The notes under the pieces are model-generated. The model saw only the letters and a list, made by a program, of their open reading frames with translations. It had not been told where the DNA came from and ran no database searches. The position numbers were made by a program, and so were the translations under genes. A stretch of DNA of 58,978 bases from Patescibacteria group bacterium (GTDB lineage Bacteria > Patescibacteriota > Minisyncoccia > Phycocordibacterales > UBA1550): contig JBBUDU010000003.1 of NCBI GenBank assembly GCA_038057125.1, forward strand, positions 85,978-144,955, read 5' to 3'. Shown here in pieces: positions 44,970 to 53,822 of this stretch (position 1 is its first letter; every line of letters begins with the position of its first letter).

Positions 44970-45113
44970 TATCCTACCATTAGACCTGCCCGCCACTGCC
45001 TAATCGCTCAAAAAAACAGCTGGGCGATGGCAGGCGGGCGATCTCCTAATGACTCGTTATTTTAAACGCACACTGACGCAGAATACACCAAAAAGCACCA
45101 TTTGGCAAGGTTT

Positions 45114-46349
45114 TTATGGCTTTGCGGGGAGTTCGACATAAAACGATGAGCCAGTACCCTCGCCTTTCGACTCCGCCCAAATCCTACCCACGTGCTTTTT
45201 GATGATTTCATTTGCCACATAAATTCCTAGGCCAGTACCTAGAGCGTACTCCATGCCACCATTATCAACACGGGCAAGTTTTCTAAATATCTCCTCGAGC
45301 GTTCTCGGGCTCATCCCTATCCCCGTATCTGACAGACTAAAAAGAATTTTTTTATCATCAGGGCTCTTGTGAAGAAGCAACGATATTTCTCCGCGAGGCG
45401 TGTACCTTACCGAATTATCAATAAGATTTGAAAGAACTTGTCGAAGTTTACTCTCATCGCCTATTGTTATAAATTGCCCGATGGTAAGACTGTCATCAAT
45501 AGTTAAGTTGAATGTCAGCCCTGCGTGATTTGCGGATCTCTTCATCTCGTTTGCAACATCAAGAGTAAGTTTTTTAATATCTACATCGGTAAAATTGTAT
45601 TCCATGTCTCCGCTGTCGATCCGAGAGATATCCACAAAATTAGAAATTGTAGTGACCAAGTGCCTGCTCGAAACAAAGATTTTTTCAACAGCATCAGATA
45701 TCGGCACTGAAAGTTCGCCAAAGGACCCGCTGGCAAGCATCGAAGAATAACCTTTTATCGAAGTCAACGGATCAAGTAGATTAAGAGCCGCGACAGAGAG
45801 GAATTCAGATTTTTTATTGTCTAGAACTTTCAATCGCCCGGAAGTCGTTTCAAGCTCTCGTGACAGATGCAACACCTTGTCTTTTGCCTGTATCCCTCGT
45901 TTTATACTACCAACCAAAAATGCGCCCGCAAAAACAACTACTGTAGTAGTCATCGTTTTGATAAATAAATCGAGAAACGAGCTTACAAAGAAAAGTCCTA
46001 TGGTAAGTACAAGCACTGTTACTGAAATGAACAATTCAATCACTATGATTTTAATATCCACAAAATTGTATTTTACAAGTAAGAAAACTGGCACAATCGC
46101 CGAAGTAATATATAGAATCATCATTCCGGCGTAACCAACAGAAGCGCCAAATGAGCCTCCAAAAAATGTGTAAACAACTGCCACAGAGGCATTGACGATT
46201 CCAAAAAGAAAAAGGAATTTATTGCTACTCTTTGTTAGATCCTGCCAGAAAATAACACCACAAAGCATAGCTGAAAGAAAACTGCTTATTACAACCCCCC
46301 ATCCGACAAACGAGATATTGTTGATAATATCAAATATGCTACCAATCAT
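45114..46349 (-). CDS. membrane histidine-kinase-like protein lacking the phospho-acceptor His
   Basis: Multi-TM N-terminus. DHp helix reads KSEFLSVAALNLLDPLTSIKGY, with Leu where the H-box His is expected. N box (LIDNSVRYT), G1 (DTGIGM) and G2 (GTGLGI) are intact. Confidence 0.8.
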   Translation of the reverse strand: MIGSIFDIINNISFVGWGVVISSFLSAMLCGVIFWQDLTKSSNKFLFLFGIVNASVAVVYTFFGGSFGASVGYAGMMILYITSAIVPVFLLVKYNFVDIKIIVIELFISVTVLVLTIGLFFVSSFLDLFIKTMTTTVVVFAGAFLVGSIKRGIQAKDKVLHLSRELETTSGRLKVLDNKKSEFLSVAALNLLDPLTSIKGYSSMLASGSFGELSVPISDAVEKIFVSSRHLVTTISNFVDISRIDSGDMEYNFTDVDIKKLTLDVANEMKRSANHAGLTFNLTIDDSLTIGQFITIGDESKLRQVLSNLIDNSVRYTPRGEISLLLHKSPDDKKILFSLSDTGIGMSPRTLEEIFRKLARVDNGGMEYALGTGLGIYVANEIIKKHVGRIWAESKGEGTGSSFYVELPAKP

Positions 46350-46370
46350 GGAATAAGTATATCATTCTTT

Positions 46371-46784
46371 TCACACAAAATTCCTTGGAAGCTCCGTCAG
46401 CTCAGTCGCGCCTTGTTCTGGATCCCCTATATTGATATGTGAAACCCCAAGCAAGCCATCGGTCAATTCAACAACTTTTTCGCTTGATTTGTAAAGCTTC
46501 TCCACGGCATCACGCGCGGTGTCTGGAATAGTGCCAAATGTCCCCTCAAGAATCATAGACGCGTACCCCTTTATACCGGTAAGCGATGTGCGCATCTCAC
46601 GCGAAGTAATGGACGCAAACTCCATCTTTTGGCTTTCCATCATTTGCAAACGCTCGTTCGCTATCTTTATTTCCTTTACGAGCTCCAGAGCCCGTTTGCG
46701 GCTGCGAATATCTTTCCGAATACTATAAATCAGGAAGATACCAAGAAGCAAGACTATCGATACGAAAACCAAGTTGATTACCAT
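46371..46784 (-). CDS. TM + DHp-only histidine-kinase fragment-like protein, His replaced by Arg
   Basis: Single TM, then MEFASITSREMRTSLTGIKGYASM, which is H-box-like with SRE instead of SHE. No ATPase domain. Lies 21 nt upstream of the kinase-like gene. Confidence 0.55.
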   Translation of the reverse strand: MVINLVFVSIVLLLGIFLIYSIRKDIRSRKRALELVKEIKIANERLQMMESQKMEFASITSREMRTSLTGIKGYASMILEGTFGTIPDTARDAVEKLYKSSEKVVELTDGLLGVSHINIGDPEQGATELTELPRNFV

Positions 46785-46843
46785 GAACTTATTCTAATCT
46801 ATTTCTAAAATTTATAAAAGAATGCTGGGTCGCGGAGTGGGGG

Positions 46844-46872
46844 TTGACTTGAAACAATAAGTTGTGTAGAAT
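46844..46872 (+). promoter_or_regulatory. near-consensus sigma70 promoter
   Basis: TTGACT, 17-nt spacer, TAGAAT. About 130 nt upstream of the 60-codon ORF at 47006. Confidence 0.55.
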
Positions 46873-47005
46873 GTATTTTGACGGAAAACGACGCATTTGC
46901 GAATCAGTAGATTCGTGGCTCGGCCATAAGCGTTTTTTGTTTTTAGTTCTTTGGCTTCTTAAAAACATTCAAACTTCAACCGTTACATACAAAAAAGGGT
47001 TAACG

Positions 47006-47188
47006 ATGAACAAAGGAAAAACAGCAGCATTTGCAATGGAGATAAGCCGTGAATGCGTAATGGAGCTGAGAAGTCTGCAGGACCCAACGGAACAAATGGT
47101 CGTCCAAACGGAACCCGCCCATGAGTTTCCATTTCCATGTGGATACATCGACGATCGCCCCGAACCAAACCACCGCAGGTCACGGTAG
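47006..47188 (+). CDS. possible 60-aa protein (MNKGKTAAFAMEISRECVMELRSLQDPTEQMVVQTEPAHEFPFPCGYIDDRPEPNHRRSR)
   Basis: Lies between the promoter at 46844 and the terminator at 47243. Weak RBS (AAGGG). Could instead be part of a non-coding transcript. Confidence 0.3.
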   Translation: MNKGKTAAFAMEISRECVMELRSLQDPTEQMVVQTEPAHEFPFPCGYIDDRPEPNHRRSR

Positions 47189-47242
47189 GCACTACCGATC
47201 CAAACAAAAAAAGTAAATAAGAAACAAACTCAATTCATACAA

Positions 47243-47270
47243 AGCGCCCTCCAACAGGGCGCTTTTTTTA
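47243..47270 (+). terminator. rho-independent terminator
   Basis: An 8-bp stem, agcgccct/agggcgct, followed by TTTTTTT. Confidence 0.75.
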
Positions 47271-47423
47271 ATAAAGGATCCTCGGGGCAGAGCCCCGAGG
47301 TATTATCGGAACTCGCTTTGCTCGCACAATACGCCCCAAGGGGCGTGGTATTTACCTATATTAGCTCCTCGGCTCGGAAGTGAGAATGGGGTACATTCTC
47401 ACTTCGCTCGCTCTACGTCGCTA

Positions 47424-47458
47424 ATAAAAAAGCCCCGCGCATAGTAATGCGCGGGGCT
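47424..47458 (-). terminator. rho-independent terminator
   Basis: A 12-bp stem, agccccgcgcat/atgcgcggggct, followed on the minus strand by TTTTTTATT. Confidence 0.75.
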
Positions 47459-47481
47459 GAAATGATCAGACAAATAGGATA

Positions 47482-47646
47482 TTAATCCCCTGTGTCTTCT
47501 TGATTTGCACTGAACTGGTCGTTAGAAGTGCCGAGATTCGTGCAGGGTTTCCCGCCGTGATCTCGTCTTCCTATAAGGTGTGGTGGATCGATGGGGCAAA
47601 ACGCTCCCACTTCTATTTCCATGTGGCCATCAATATTGTCATTCAT
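47482..47646 (-). CDS. possible 54-aa protein (MNDNIDGHMEIEVGAFCPIDPPHLIGRRDHGGKPCTNLGTSNDQFSANQEDTGD)
   Basis: Hand-translated and below the track cutoff. AAGGGG lies upstream of the ATG. The terminator at 47424-47458 lies directly downstream. Confidence 0.3.
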   Translation of the reverse strand: MNDNIDGHMEIEVGAFCPIDPPHLIGRRDHGGKPCTNLGTSNDQFSANQEDTGD

Positions 47647-47761
47647 TACTTATTTTCCCCTTGGTTTAAGGCACTACGTGCCAGTTAAAAAGAACACTCC
47701 AAAAACTGGGTACACAATATCATATAATTTATATTTACACAAATTTTTGTTGCGCTAGCAC

Positions 47762-47800
47762 AAAAAAAAATACGCGTAACCATAAATATGGTTACGCGTA
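47762..47800 (-). terminator. rho-independent terminator of the LysM gene
   Basis: A 13-bp stem, tacgcgtaaccat/atggttacgcgta, followed on the minus strand by a 9-T run. Confidence 0.75.
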
Positions 47801-47820
47801 TCAGTGATACATATTTTATA

Positions 47821-48243
47821 TCACTTTGGGATTGTGAGAAGCTGTCCGGGGCGAAGTTTGGTGTCGCTCGTCATGTTGTTTGCGAGAAGGAGTTTCTTTG
47901 GCGGAACATCATGCTTTCGCGCAATGTTCCAAAGCGTATCTCCTTTTTTCACCACATACTCACCCTTGAGCTTGCCGACATGTTCCCAGAGCACATCCTT
48001 CTTCGGTGTCTGCGCCTGTGTCTGTTCCTTTTTGGCAACCTTATCGGGTGCCTTTATGGACGATGAACCGCCGTGAACGACCGTCTTTTTCACCTCCACC
48101 TTATTCAGGTAGTCTGTCGCCAGTTGAGTATAGGTGACAACTTGGGTCTTGTCGCCAATCCACAAGAGGCTGACAGCGATGAACGCAACGGCTAGCACAC
48201 GCCAAGTGTTTCTCGCGTACTGCTTCAGAATGACTATATTCAT
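47821..48243 (-). CDS. membrane-anchored LysM-domain protein
   Basis: N-terminal TM. C-terminal YVVKKGDTLWNIARKHDVPPKKLLLANNM...LRPGQLLTIP matches the LysM consensus. Confidence 0.75.
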   Translation of the reverse strand: MNIVILKQYARNTWRVLAVAFIAVSLLWIGDKTQVVTYTQLATDYLNKVEVKKTVVHGGSSSIKAPDKVAKKEQTQAQTPKKDVLWEHVGKLKGEYVVKKGDTLWNIARKHDVPPKKLLLANNMTSDTKLRPGQLLTIPK

Positions 48244-48307
48244 AGCAAAGAACTCCTTTTGGTTGAATGAAACTACTCCCCTAAGTATACACTATTTCAG
48301 CTTTTTG

Positions 48308-48598
48308 TCAAGCCCTTGTAATCATATAATTTGTAGCGCACAAGACACTAAATATTCCGCGTCCTTTTAGTTTCGATAAGCTTCTTCGATTGTCGGATTT
48401 CTTCTGTGCTTTGATTGCACAATAGCTTCCATAATCCTCTTTGTTTCTTCTGAATTCCCTAGAGATGACTGAGTCGTCAACCATAAGAGCAATGGCGATT
48501 CCGTGATAATTTTTTTTGTCCATCCACAATGCTTCGATACGAAAACGATTTTCTTGCGTCAAATGCGCAGAATCTTTATGAATTTTTAGTAGAACCAA
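48308..48598 (-). pseudogene. IS30-family transposase N-terminal (HTH) fragment
   Basis: HLTQENRFRIEALW...ISREFRRNK...AIKAQKKSDNRR resembles the IS30 N-terminal HTH region. No DDE catalytic domain follows. Confidence 0.5.
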
Positions 48599-48640
48599 AG
48601 CAGTGACTCGGTTTTCCTGTTTTCTGCTCTCTCGTGACTA

Positions 48641-49408
48641 CTATTTCTTCAAAAACTTGAGTGTTTTCTCAAAGAGTTCTTTTTGGGTTCGCCTACCGTC
48701 AAAAAGATGATTTGCTTTTTTGATAATTGTAAATACTGATTCTCTTTTGTTACGAAGGTTCAGTTTCGCAAAATATTTTTTTGCATCCTTACCAACCCCC
48801 TTATCTGCGCCAATTACACAAACTTTCATGGAAAGTCCTTTCAAAATCTCTACTGCATCCATCGTTTCTGAAAGTTCTTTATAAAACCCTGCATTAAAAA
48901 TGCAAGCATCCTTCCCTCTTTTTTCAATATATACTTTCCTTTCACGATCAAAGGCAAACGCCTCATCCATCAGTTTTTTCTTAAATGGCAAAATACTTGG
49001 GTCCCACAAAACAAGGCTTGTTCTTTGAGCATATTTCTTGTATTTATTCAGAAAAGTAATTAATATGGGAGCGCCAAAGCTATGTCCAACAAATATAAAC
49101 TTCGAGTATCTTTCCCCTCCAGTATAATCCAGTAGATTTTTTAACTCAATTGCATAAATCGAGAAATTCATAATTTCTAGAGCGAGCGCATCAGTTTTTT
49201 TGGTTTTCTTTTCGTTGCTATTACACAGATTTGTTCTTAATATACTAAACCCCATCTTGCAGAACTCTTTTTCTGCCGTTTTAAAAAGGGGTGTGTCTTT
49301 CTCCCCTGAGAGTCCACTTAAAAACAAGACGAGGGTAGTCGATTTTTTATTTTCTTTTAGATTATAGTAAATACTCTTAGTGATCTTTGTTTTTGATCTA
49401 ATTTTCAT
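48641..49408 (-). CDS. alpha/beta-fold hydrolase
   Basis: Nucleophile elbow GHSFG, and a C-terminal KANHLFDG segment that could carry the catalytic His. Confidence 0.7.
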   Translation of the reverse strand: MKIRSKTKITKSIYYNLKENKKSTTLVLFLSGLSGEKDTPLFKTAEKEFCKMGFSILRTNLCNSNEKKTKKTDALALEIMNFSIYAIELKNLLDYTGGERYSKFIFVGHSFGAPILITFLNKYKKYAQRTSLVLWDPSILPFKKKLMDEAFAFDRERKVYIEKRGKDACIFNAGFYKELSETMDAVEILKGLSMKVCVIGADKGVGKDAKKYFAKLNLRNKRESVFTIIKKANHLFDGRRTQKELFEKTLKFLKK

Positions 49409-49544
49409 GATTTTAATTTATATAAAAACACACCCCGCAATAGCTTGTACTGCAGGGTGTGGGTAGCGAAAATCAGACATCGAATTCGCTATTTTTCACA
49501 CCAGCCACAAACACCTTCCATTCTTCACGACTGAATACAGTTGG

Positions 49545-49565
49545 AAAAGGTGTCAGGTACCTTTT
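49545..49565. repeat. REP-like palindrome, variant copy (aaaaggtgtcaggtacctttt)
   Basis: Shares the gtcaggtacc core and the A/T-G/C arms with the RAYT-flanking repeats. The following ttctcggt tail also matches 44623-44630. Confidence 0.6.
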
Positions 49566-49626
49566 CTCGGTATTTATAAATATTTCTTCCCCCAATTCTA
49601 CCACGACCCCCACCAAAAACAAAAAC

Positions 49627-50208
49627 TTATTTTACTGCAATAAAATGAAAAACATGCCAGTGCTTCATTTTCCCTGCGGCAGTTTTCTTGTCGGTCTCTA
49701 CTTCCTCAAAAGAAACTATCTTCAAACCAGATAGAAGTTTTTCCGCTTCTGCGCGCGTGTGAAAAGTCATAGATTTTTCATTAGCAGTCCATTCATCATT
49801 CTTTCCGAAAAATTGCCCCGTAAAGACCCCGTTTTCTTTAAGCGAGAAAATAATATCTTCAATTAATTTATTGAAGGTCTCCGGAGAACTGAACGGCAAA
49901 GAATACTGCGCATTTATAAGATCGTATTTATTCTTAGGAAACTCAAAATCCTCAAAGGAGCTAGTGACGTACGAAACTTTTTCTTCTGGAAAATCGCTAA
50001 TATCTTTTTTAGACACCGGGTTTCTGTCAATTGCGGTAACATGATTGAATCCAACAGACAGGAGATATTTTACATCAGTTAGCGCCCCGGGACCCAAATC
50101 TAGAGCTTCATTTTTATCCTTAACCAACGCTGTAGCCTCGATAAGTAGTGGGCGCGGTGGTCTGTCTTTTGTCCTTTCGTAATATCCAGCCCATATATTC
50201 TCTGACAT
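49627..50208 (-). CDS. class I SAM-dependent methyltransferase
   Basis: Motif I-like ALDLGPGALTD, followed by acidic AIDRN. Start placed at Met4. Confidence 0.65.
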   Translation of the reverse strand: MSENIWAGYYERTKDRPPRPLLIEATALVKDKNEALDLGPGALTDVKYLLSVGFNHVTAIDRNPVSKKDISDFPEEKVSYVTSSFEDFEFPKNKYDLINAQYSLPFSSPETFNKLIEDIIFSLKENGVFTGQFFGKNDEWTANEKSMTFHTRAEAEKLLSGLKIVSFEEVETDKKTAAGKMKHWHVFHFIAVK

Positions 50209-50253
50209 AAGTATCAATATACCATATTAACTACTGCACCTCAGGAGGACTGA

Positions 50254-50315
50254 GTTTAGGTTTTAACTCTAGCGCTCTTTCTATGTTTAGGTTTTAACTC
50301 TAGCGCTCTTTCTAT
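50254..50315. repeat. perfect 31-bp tandem duplication (2 copies) across the 3' end of the NUDIX gene
   Basis: gtttaggttttaactctagcgctctttctat occurs at 50254-50284 and again at 50285-50315, with no spacer. Confidence 0.95.
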
Positions 50316-50774
50316 TATTCTGTCGCCAATGCTCCCCCAGTCAAAATACTGCTTGTATTCTTTAGGGTCAATAAGTTTTATTTCTGTTACTGAGAGAGCG
50401 GGGTCGGACACAAAAGGTCCGTAGGGTTGTACTAGGCAGACGTAGCGAAGTTGATAATAGAAACTGTTATCACGAGTATCAATAACTTTTTGATACCCGA
50501 TAGGCAGGAACGACAGCACTTTCATATTTGATTCTTCTTGTATTTCTCGCACAAGTGTTTGCTCAAATGTTTCTCCTTTTTCAATTGTCCCACCTATTAG
50601 CCCCCAGCTTTTCTTTGCGCCACCATACCCTATTACAATTTTATCGCCATAGAAACAAACTCCGTACACTTGTGTACACTTATTAAAATCCAGATTATCA
50701 AAAGAATCAGAGTCGGAGTATTCAAAAATATACTCAACACTAGAATGACCCTTATAGTTATTTATAAGATTCAT
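50256..50774 (-). CDS. NUDIX hydrolase
   Basis: Nudix box GGTIEKGETFEQTLVREIQEESN. Confidence 0.8.
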   Translation of the reverse strand: MNLINNYKGHSSVEYIFEYSDSDSFDNLDFNKCTQVYGVCFYGDKIVIGYGGAKKSWGLIGGTIEKGETFEQTLVREIQEESNMKVLSFLPIGYQKVIDTRDNSFYYQLRYVCLVQPYGPFVSDPALSVTEIKLIDPKEYKQYFDWGSIGDRIIERALELKPKHRKSARVKT

Positions 50775-50782
50775 TGAGGTAA

Positions 50783-51838
50783 CTAAATCCCTTCGTTGCG
50801 GAGGTCTTCGATGAGTTTTTCGGCGGTGCGGGAAAGTTTTACGGGGGTTTTAACTTCGAGTTTAATAAGAAGGTCGCCGCGACGTTTGCTATCGATATGC
50901 ACACCCTTTTCACGCACACGCAAAACCTCGCCGGATGAAACACCTTTAGGAATTTTTAATTTAATTTCTCCGTCGAGTGTCTGTACAGCATACTCCGCGC
51001 CGAGGATTGCGTCAGTAAGCTTCACTCCAAGAGTCATCACGAGATTGTACCCATCGCGTTTGAAAACTTTGTGCGAGGCTACGTGGATGCGCACATACAA
51101 ATCCCCTGTTTTGCCGTTTTGAACGGCTTCTCCAGCGCCCGTGAGACGCACTTGCTCGCCGTTTTGAATACCTGCAGGTACGCGAATCAAAATCTCTGAT
51201 TCTTTTCGTGTGACACCAGCGCCCTTGCAAGTAGTGCATTTTTCTTCGGGAACTTTTCCAGAACCATGACACGTAGAACACTCTCGCTCCTGCGCAAAAG
51301 TACCGAGAATTGTTCGTACAGACTCTTGTGTGCGCCCCTTTCCTTTGCAATGCGTACATTCTTTTGTTTTGGTTCCCGGCTTCGCACCACTACCGTGACA
51401 TATATCACAAGAAGAAGTTTTTGTAATGCGAACTTTGTGTTCCACGCCAAATACCGCTTCGGAAAATGAGATTTCGAGATCAACAGAAATATCACGACCG
51501 CGACGCGCTTGCGCGCGTCTCCCGCCACCAAAAAAGTCTCCAAAGATGTCGTTTAAATCCACACCATCAAAACCCTGCCCTCCAAAACCGGAAAAGCCAC
51601 CTCCTTGTTGTCCTCCGCCAAAACCTTGGCTTGGACCAGCACTTCCATAAGTGTCATACTCCGAGCGTTTCTTTTCATCCGAAAGCACTTGGTACGCCTC
51701 GCTCGCCTCCTTAAACTTTTTCTCATCACCGCCTTTGTCGGGATGATGCTTGTGCGCGAGAGTACGAAACGCTTTTTTAATTTCGTCTTGGGAGGCGTTT
51801 TTTTCGATACCGAGTGTTTTGTAGTAATCTTTTGCCAT
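50783..51838 (-). CDS. dnaJ: chaperone DnaJ
   Basis: J domain DYYKTLGI...HPDK, G/F-rich region, four CxxCxGxG zinc repeats. Start placed at Met12. Confidence 0.92.
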   Translation of the reverse strand: MAKDYYKTLGIEKNASQDEIKKAFRTLAHKHHPDKGGDEKKFKEASEAYQVLSDEKKRSEYDTYGSAGPSQGFGGGQQGGGFSGFGGQGFDGVDLNDIFGDFFGGGRRAQARRGRDISVDLEISFSEAVFGVEHKVRITKTSSCDICHGSGAKPGTKTKECTHCKGKGRTQESVRTILGTFAQERECSTCHGSGKVPEEKCTTCKGAGVTRKESEILIRVPAGIQNGEQVRLTGAGEAVQNGKTGDLYVRIHVASHKVFKRDGYNLVMTLGVKLTDAILGAEYAVQTLDGEIKLKIPKGVSSGEVLRVREKGVHIDSKRRGDLLIKLEVKTPVKLSRTAEKLIEDLRNEGI

Positions 51839-51900
51839 TTGTTTATGAGTATAGCAAAACAGAGGGCGCACGGCGAAGCCGTTCGCCCTCTGTTTTATCT

Positions 51901-53790
51901 CTACTTCCCCTCCTTATACTCCGCGTCGTGTACCGCACCTTCTGTTCCTGCCGGCTTTTCTGGAGAGCCCTCTTTCTTCTCTGCTTCAGCGGTCTTCATC
52001 ATTTCTTCGCCAATTTTGGAAAGTGCCTCTGAAAGTTCTGTGGATGCTTTCTTCATTGCCTCGATGTCGCTGCCGGTACTTGCGGTTTTTGCAAGAGCAA
52101 GCTTTTCCTCAACTCCTGTTTTGATTTCAGCGGAGACTTTGTCGCCATTGTCGCGAAGTGACTTCTCGGCAGTATACATTAGTTGCTCGAGCATGTTTTT
52201 TGTCTCGGCGCTGTCTCGCTTTTTTGCATCTTCTTCCGCATTCATTTCTGCTTCTTTTGTCATACGCGCAATATCATCTTTCGAAAGACCGGAGCTTGCT
52301 TCAATGCGAATCGATTGTTCTTTGCCTGTCGTTTTTTCTTTTGCTTTTACTTGAAGGATGCCGTTTGCGTCCACATCAAAAGAAACTTCCACTTGTGGCA
52401 TACCACGATGTGCCGGTGGAATACCATCCAAAATAAAGCGACCGAGAGATTTGTTGTCCGGCGCCATTGGGCGCTCGCCCTGCACCACGTGAATCTCTAC
52501 TGATGTTTGGTTGTCTGCTGCAGTCGAGAAAATCTGTGATCGTGATGCTGGAATCGTGGTGTTTTTTTCGATGAGCTTTGTCGCTACATTGCCAAATGTT
52601 TCTATGCCAAGAGAAAGTGGAATAACATCGAGAAGGAGCACGTCTTTTACGTCGCCCTGAAGGATACCAGCCTGAATAGCGGCGCCGATTGCCACCACCT
52701 CGTCGGGATTGATTGAGCGGTTTGGCTCCTTGCCAAAAAGCTCTTTCACTGCGTTCACGATTGCTGGCATGCGTGTCTGTCCTCCAACCATAATGATTTC
52801 GTTGATGTCTTCTTTTTTGAATGGCGACGCGGCAAGCGCGCGCTTGGTAATTTCGATTGACTTGTCGATATACTCACGAGCGAGGTCGTCTAGCGTCGCG
52901 CGCGAAAGTTTCAAAAGAAGATGCTTTGGACCGTCTGCTCCGGATGTGATGAACGGAATATTAATTTCCGCATCAAGCGTGGTTGAAAGCTCGTGTTTTG
53001 CTTTTTCTGCGGACTCCTTCAATCGCTGGAGCGCCATCACATCTGTCGAGACATCGATTCCTGATTCTTTTTTAAATTCACTAGCAATGTGACGAATGAT
53101 TTTTTGGTCAATATCTTCACCGCCCATATGCACGTCGCCGTCGGTCGACTTTACTTCAATAACGTCCCCGCCAACTTCAAGCACCGAAACGTCGAATGTG
53201 CCGCCCCCGAAATCGTAAACGACAATCTTCTCGTCCTTTTTTTTATTAAAACCGTACGCGAGGGCAGCCGCAGTAGGCTCATTGATGATTCGCTTTACGT
53301 CAAAACCAGCAATCTGCCCCGCGTCTTTTGTCGCCTGACGCTGTGAGTCGTTGAAATATGCAGGCACGGTAATAACCGCCTCGGTGATTTTTTCACCAAG
53401 CTTCGCTTCAGCGTCTGCCTTGAGCTTCTGAAGAACCATAGCCGAAATCTCCTCCGGGCGATATTGGCGGTCACCCATCTTCACAAGCACGCCCCCTGTT
53501 GGTGACTTTTCAATGCCAAAGGGTGCTGTCTTTTTGTCGCGCTGAACACCCTCGTCTTCAAATGTGTGACCAATCATACGCTTGATACCAAAAAGTGTAT
53601 TTTGTGGGTTGGTTACCGCCTGGCGTTTTGCAAGAAGTCCCACCAAGCGTTCACCACTTTTTGAAACAGCAACAATAGACGGCGTTGTGCGCGCGCCTTC
53701 GATGTTTTCTACGATACGTGGCTCGCCTCCCTCAATGATAGCGACCGCGCTGTTTGTTGTACCCAAGTCAATTCCTAAAATTTTTGCCAT
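51901..53790 (-). CDS. dnaK: chaperone DnaK (Hsp70)
   Basis: [25 protein letters not shown] signatures. 629 aa. Confidence 0.95.
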   Translation of the reverse strand: MAKILGIDLGTTNSAVAIIEGGEPRIVENIEGARTTPSIVAVSKSGERLVGLLAKRQAVTNPQNTLFGIKRMIGHTFEDEGVQRDKKTAPFGIEKSPTGGVLVKMGDRQYRPEEISAMVLQKLKADAEAKLGEKITEAVITVPAYFNDSQRQATKDAGQIAGFDVKRIINEPTAAALAYGFNKKKDEKIVVYDFGGGTFDVSVLEVGGDVIEVKSTDGDVHMGGEDIDQKIIRHIASEFKKESGIDVSTDVMALQRLKESAEKAKHELSTTLDAEINIPFITSGADGPKHLLLKLSRATLDDLAREYIDKSIEITKRALAASPFKKEDINEIIMVGGQTRMPAIVNAVKELFGKEPNRSINPDEVVAIGAAIQAGILQGDVKDVLLLDVIPLSLGIETFGNVATKLIEKNTTIPASRSQIFSTAADNQTSVEIHVVQGERPMAPDNKSLGRFILDGIPPAHRGMPQVEVSFDVDANGILQVKAKEKTTGKEQSIRIEASSGLSKDDIARMTKEAEMNAEEDAKKRDSAETKNMLEQLMYTAEKSLRDNGDKVSAEIKTGVEEKLALAKTASTGSDIEAMKKASTELSEALSKIGEEMMKTAEAEKKEGSPEKPAGTEGAVHDAEYKEGK

Positions 53791-53822
53791 GATATTTTTG
53801 TGTGATTACGTTAGTGAGACTG

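Noticed and set aside
44854-44994. Units A and B considered as split, permuted or intron-containing tRNA genes, because each has a 5' acceptor/D-arm look-alike.
   Set aside because: The anticodon-arm position is taken by a 12-bp stem with a 4-nt loop, which leaves no 7-nt anticodon loop. The T-arm-like parts are degenerate. The only complement to the unit A acceptor (GCCCGCC) lies upstream and has no T arm. I therefore report these as tRNA-derived elements only.
44799-44996. 65-aa minus-strand ORF overlapping the tRNA-Gln and the tRNA-like units.
   Set aside because: It runs through a tRNA gene and structured repeats, so it is almost certainly non-coding.
46862-47188. 108-aa form of the plus-strand ORF from the supplied track.
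   Set aside because: The near-consensus promoter's -10 element (46867-46872) lies inside it, so the 5' part would not be transcribed. Only the 60-codon distal part (47006-47188) is retained, and with low confidence.
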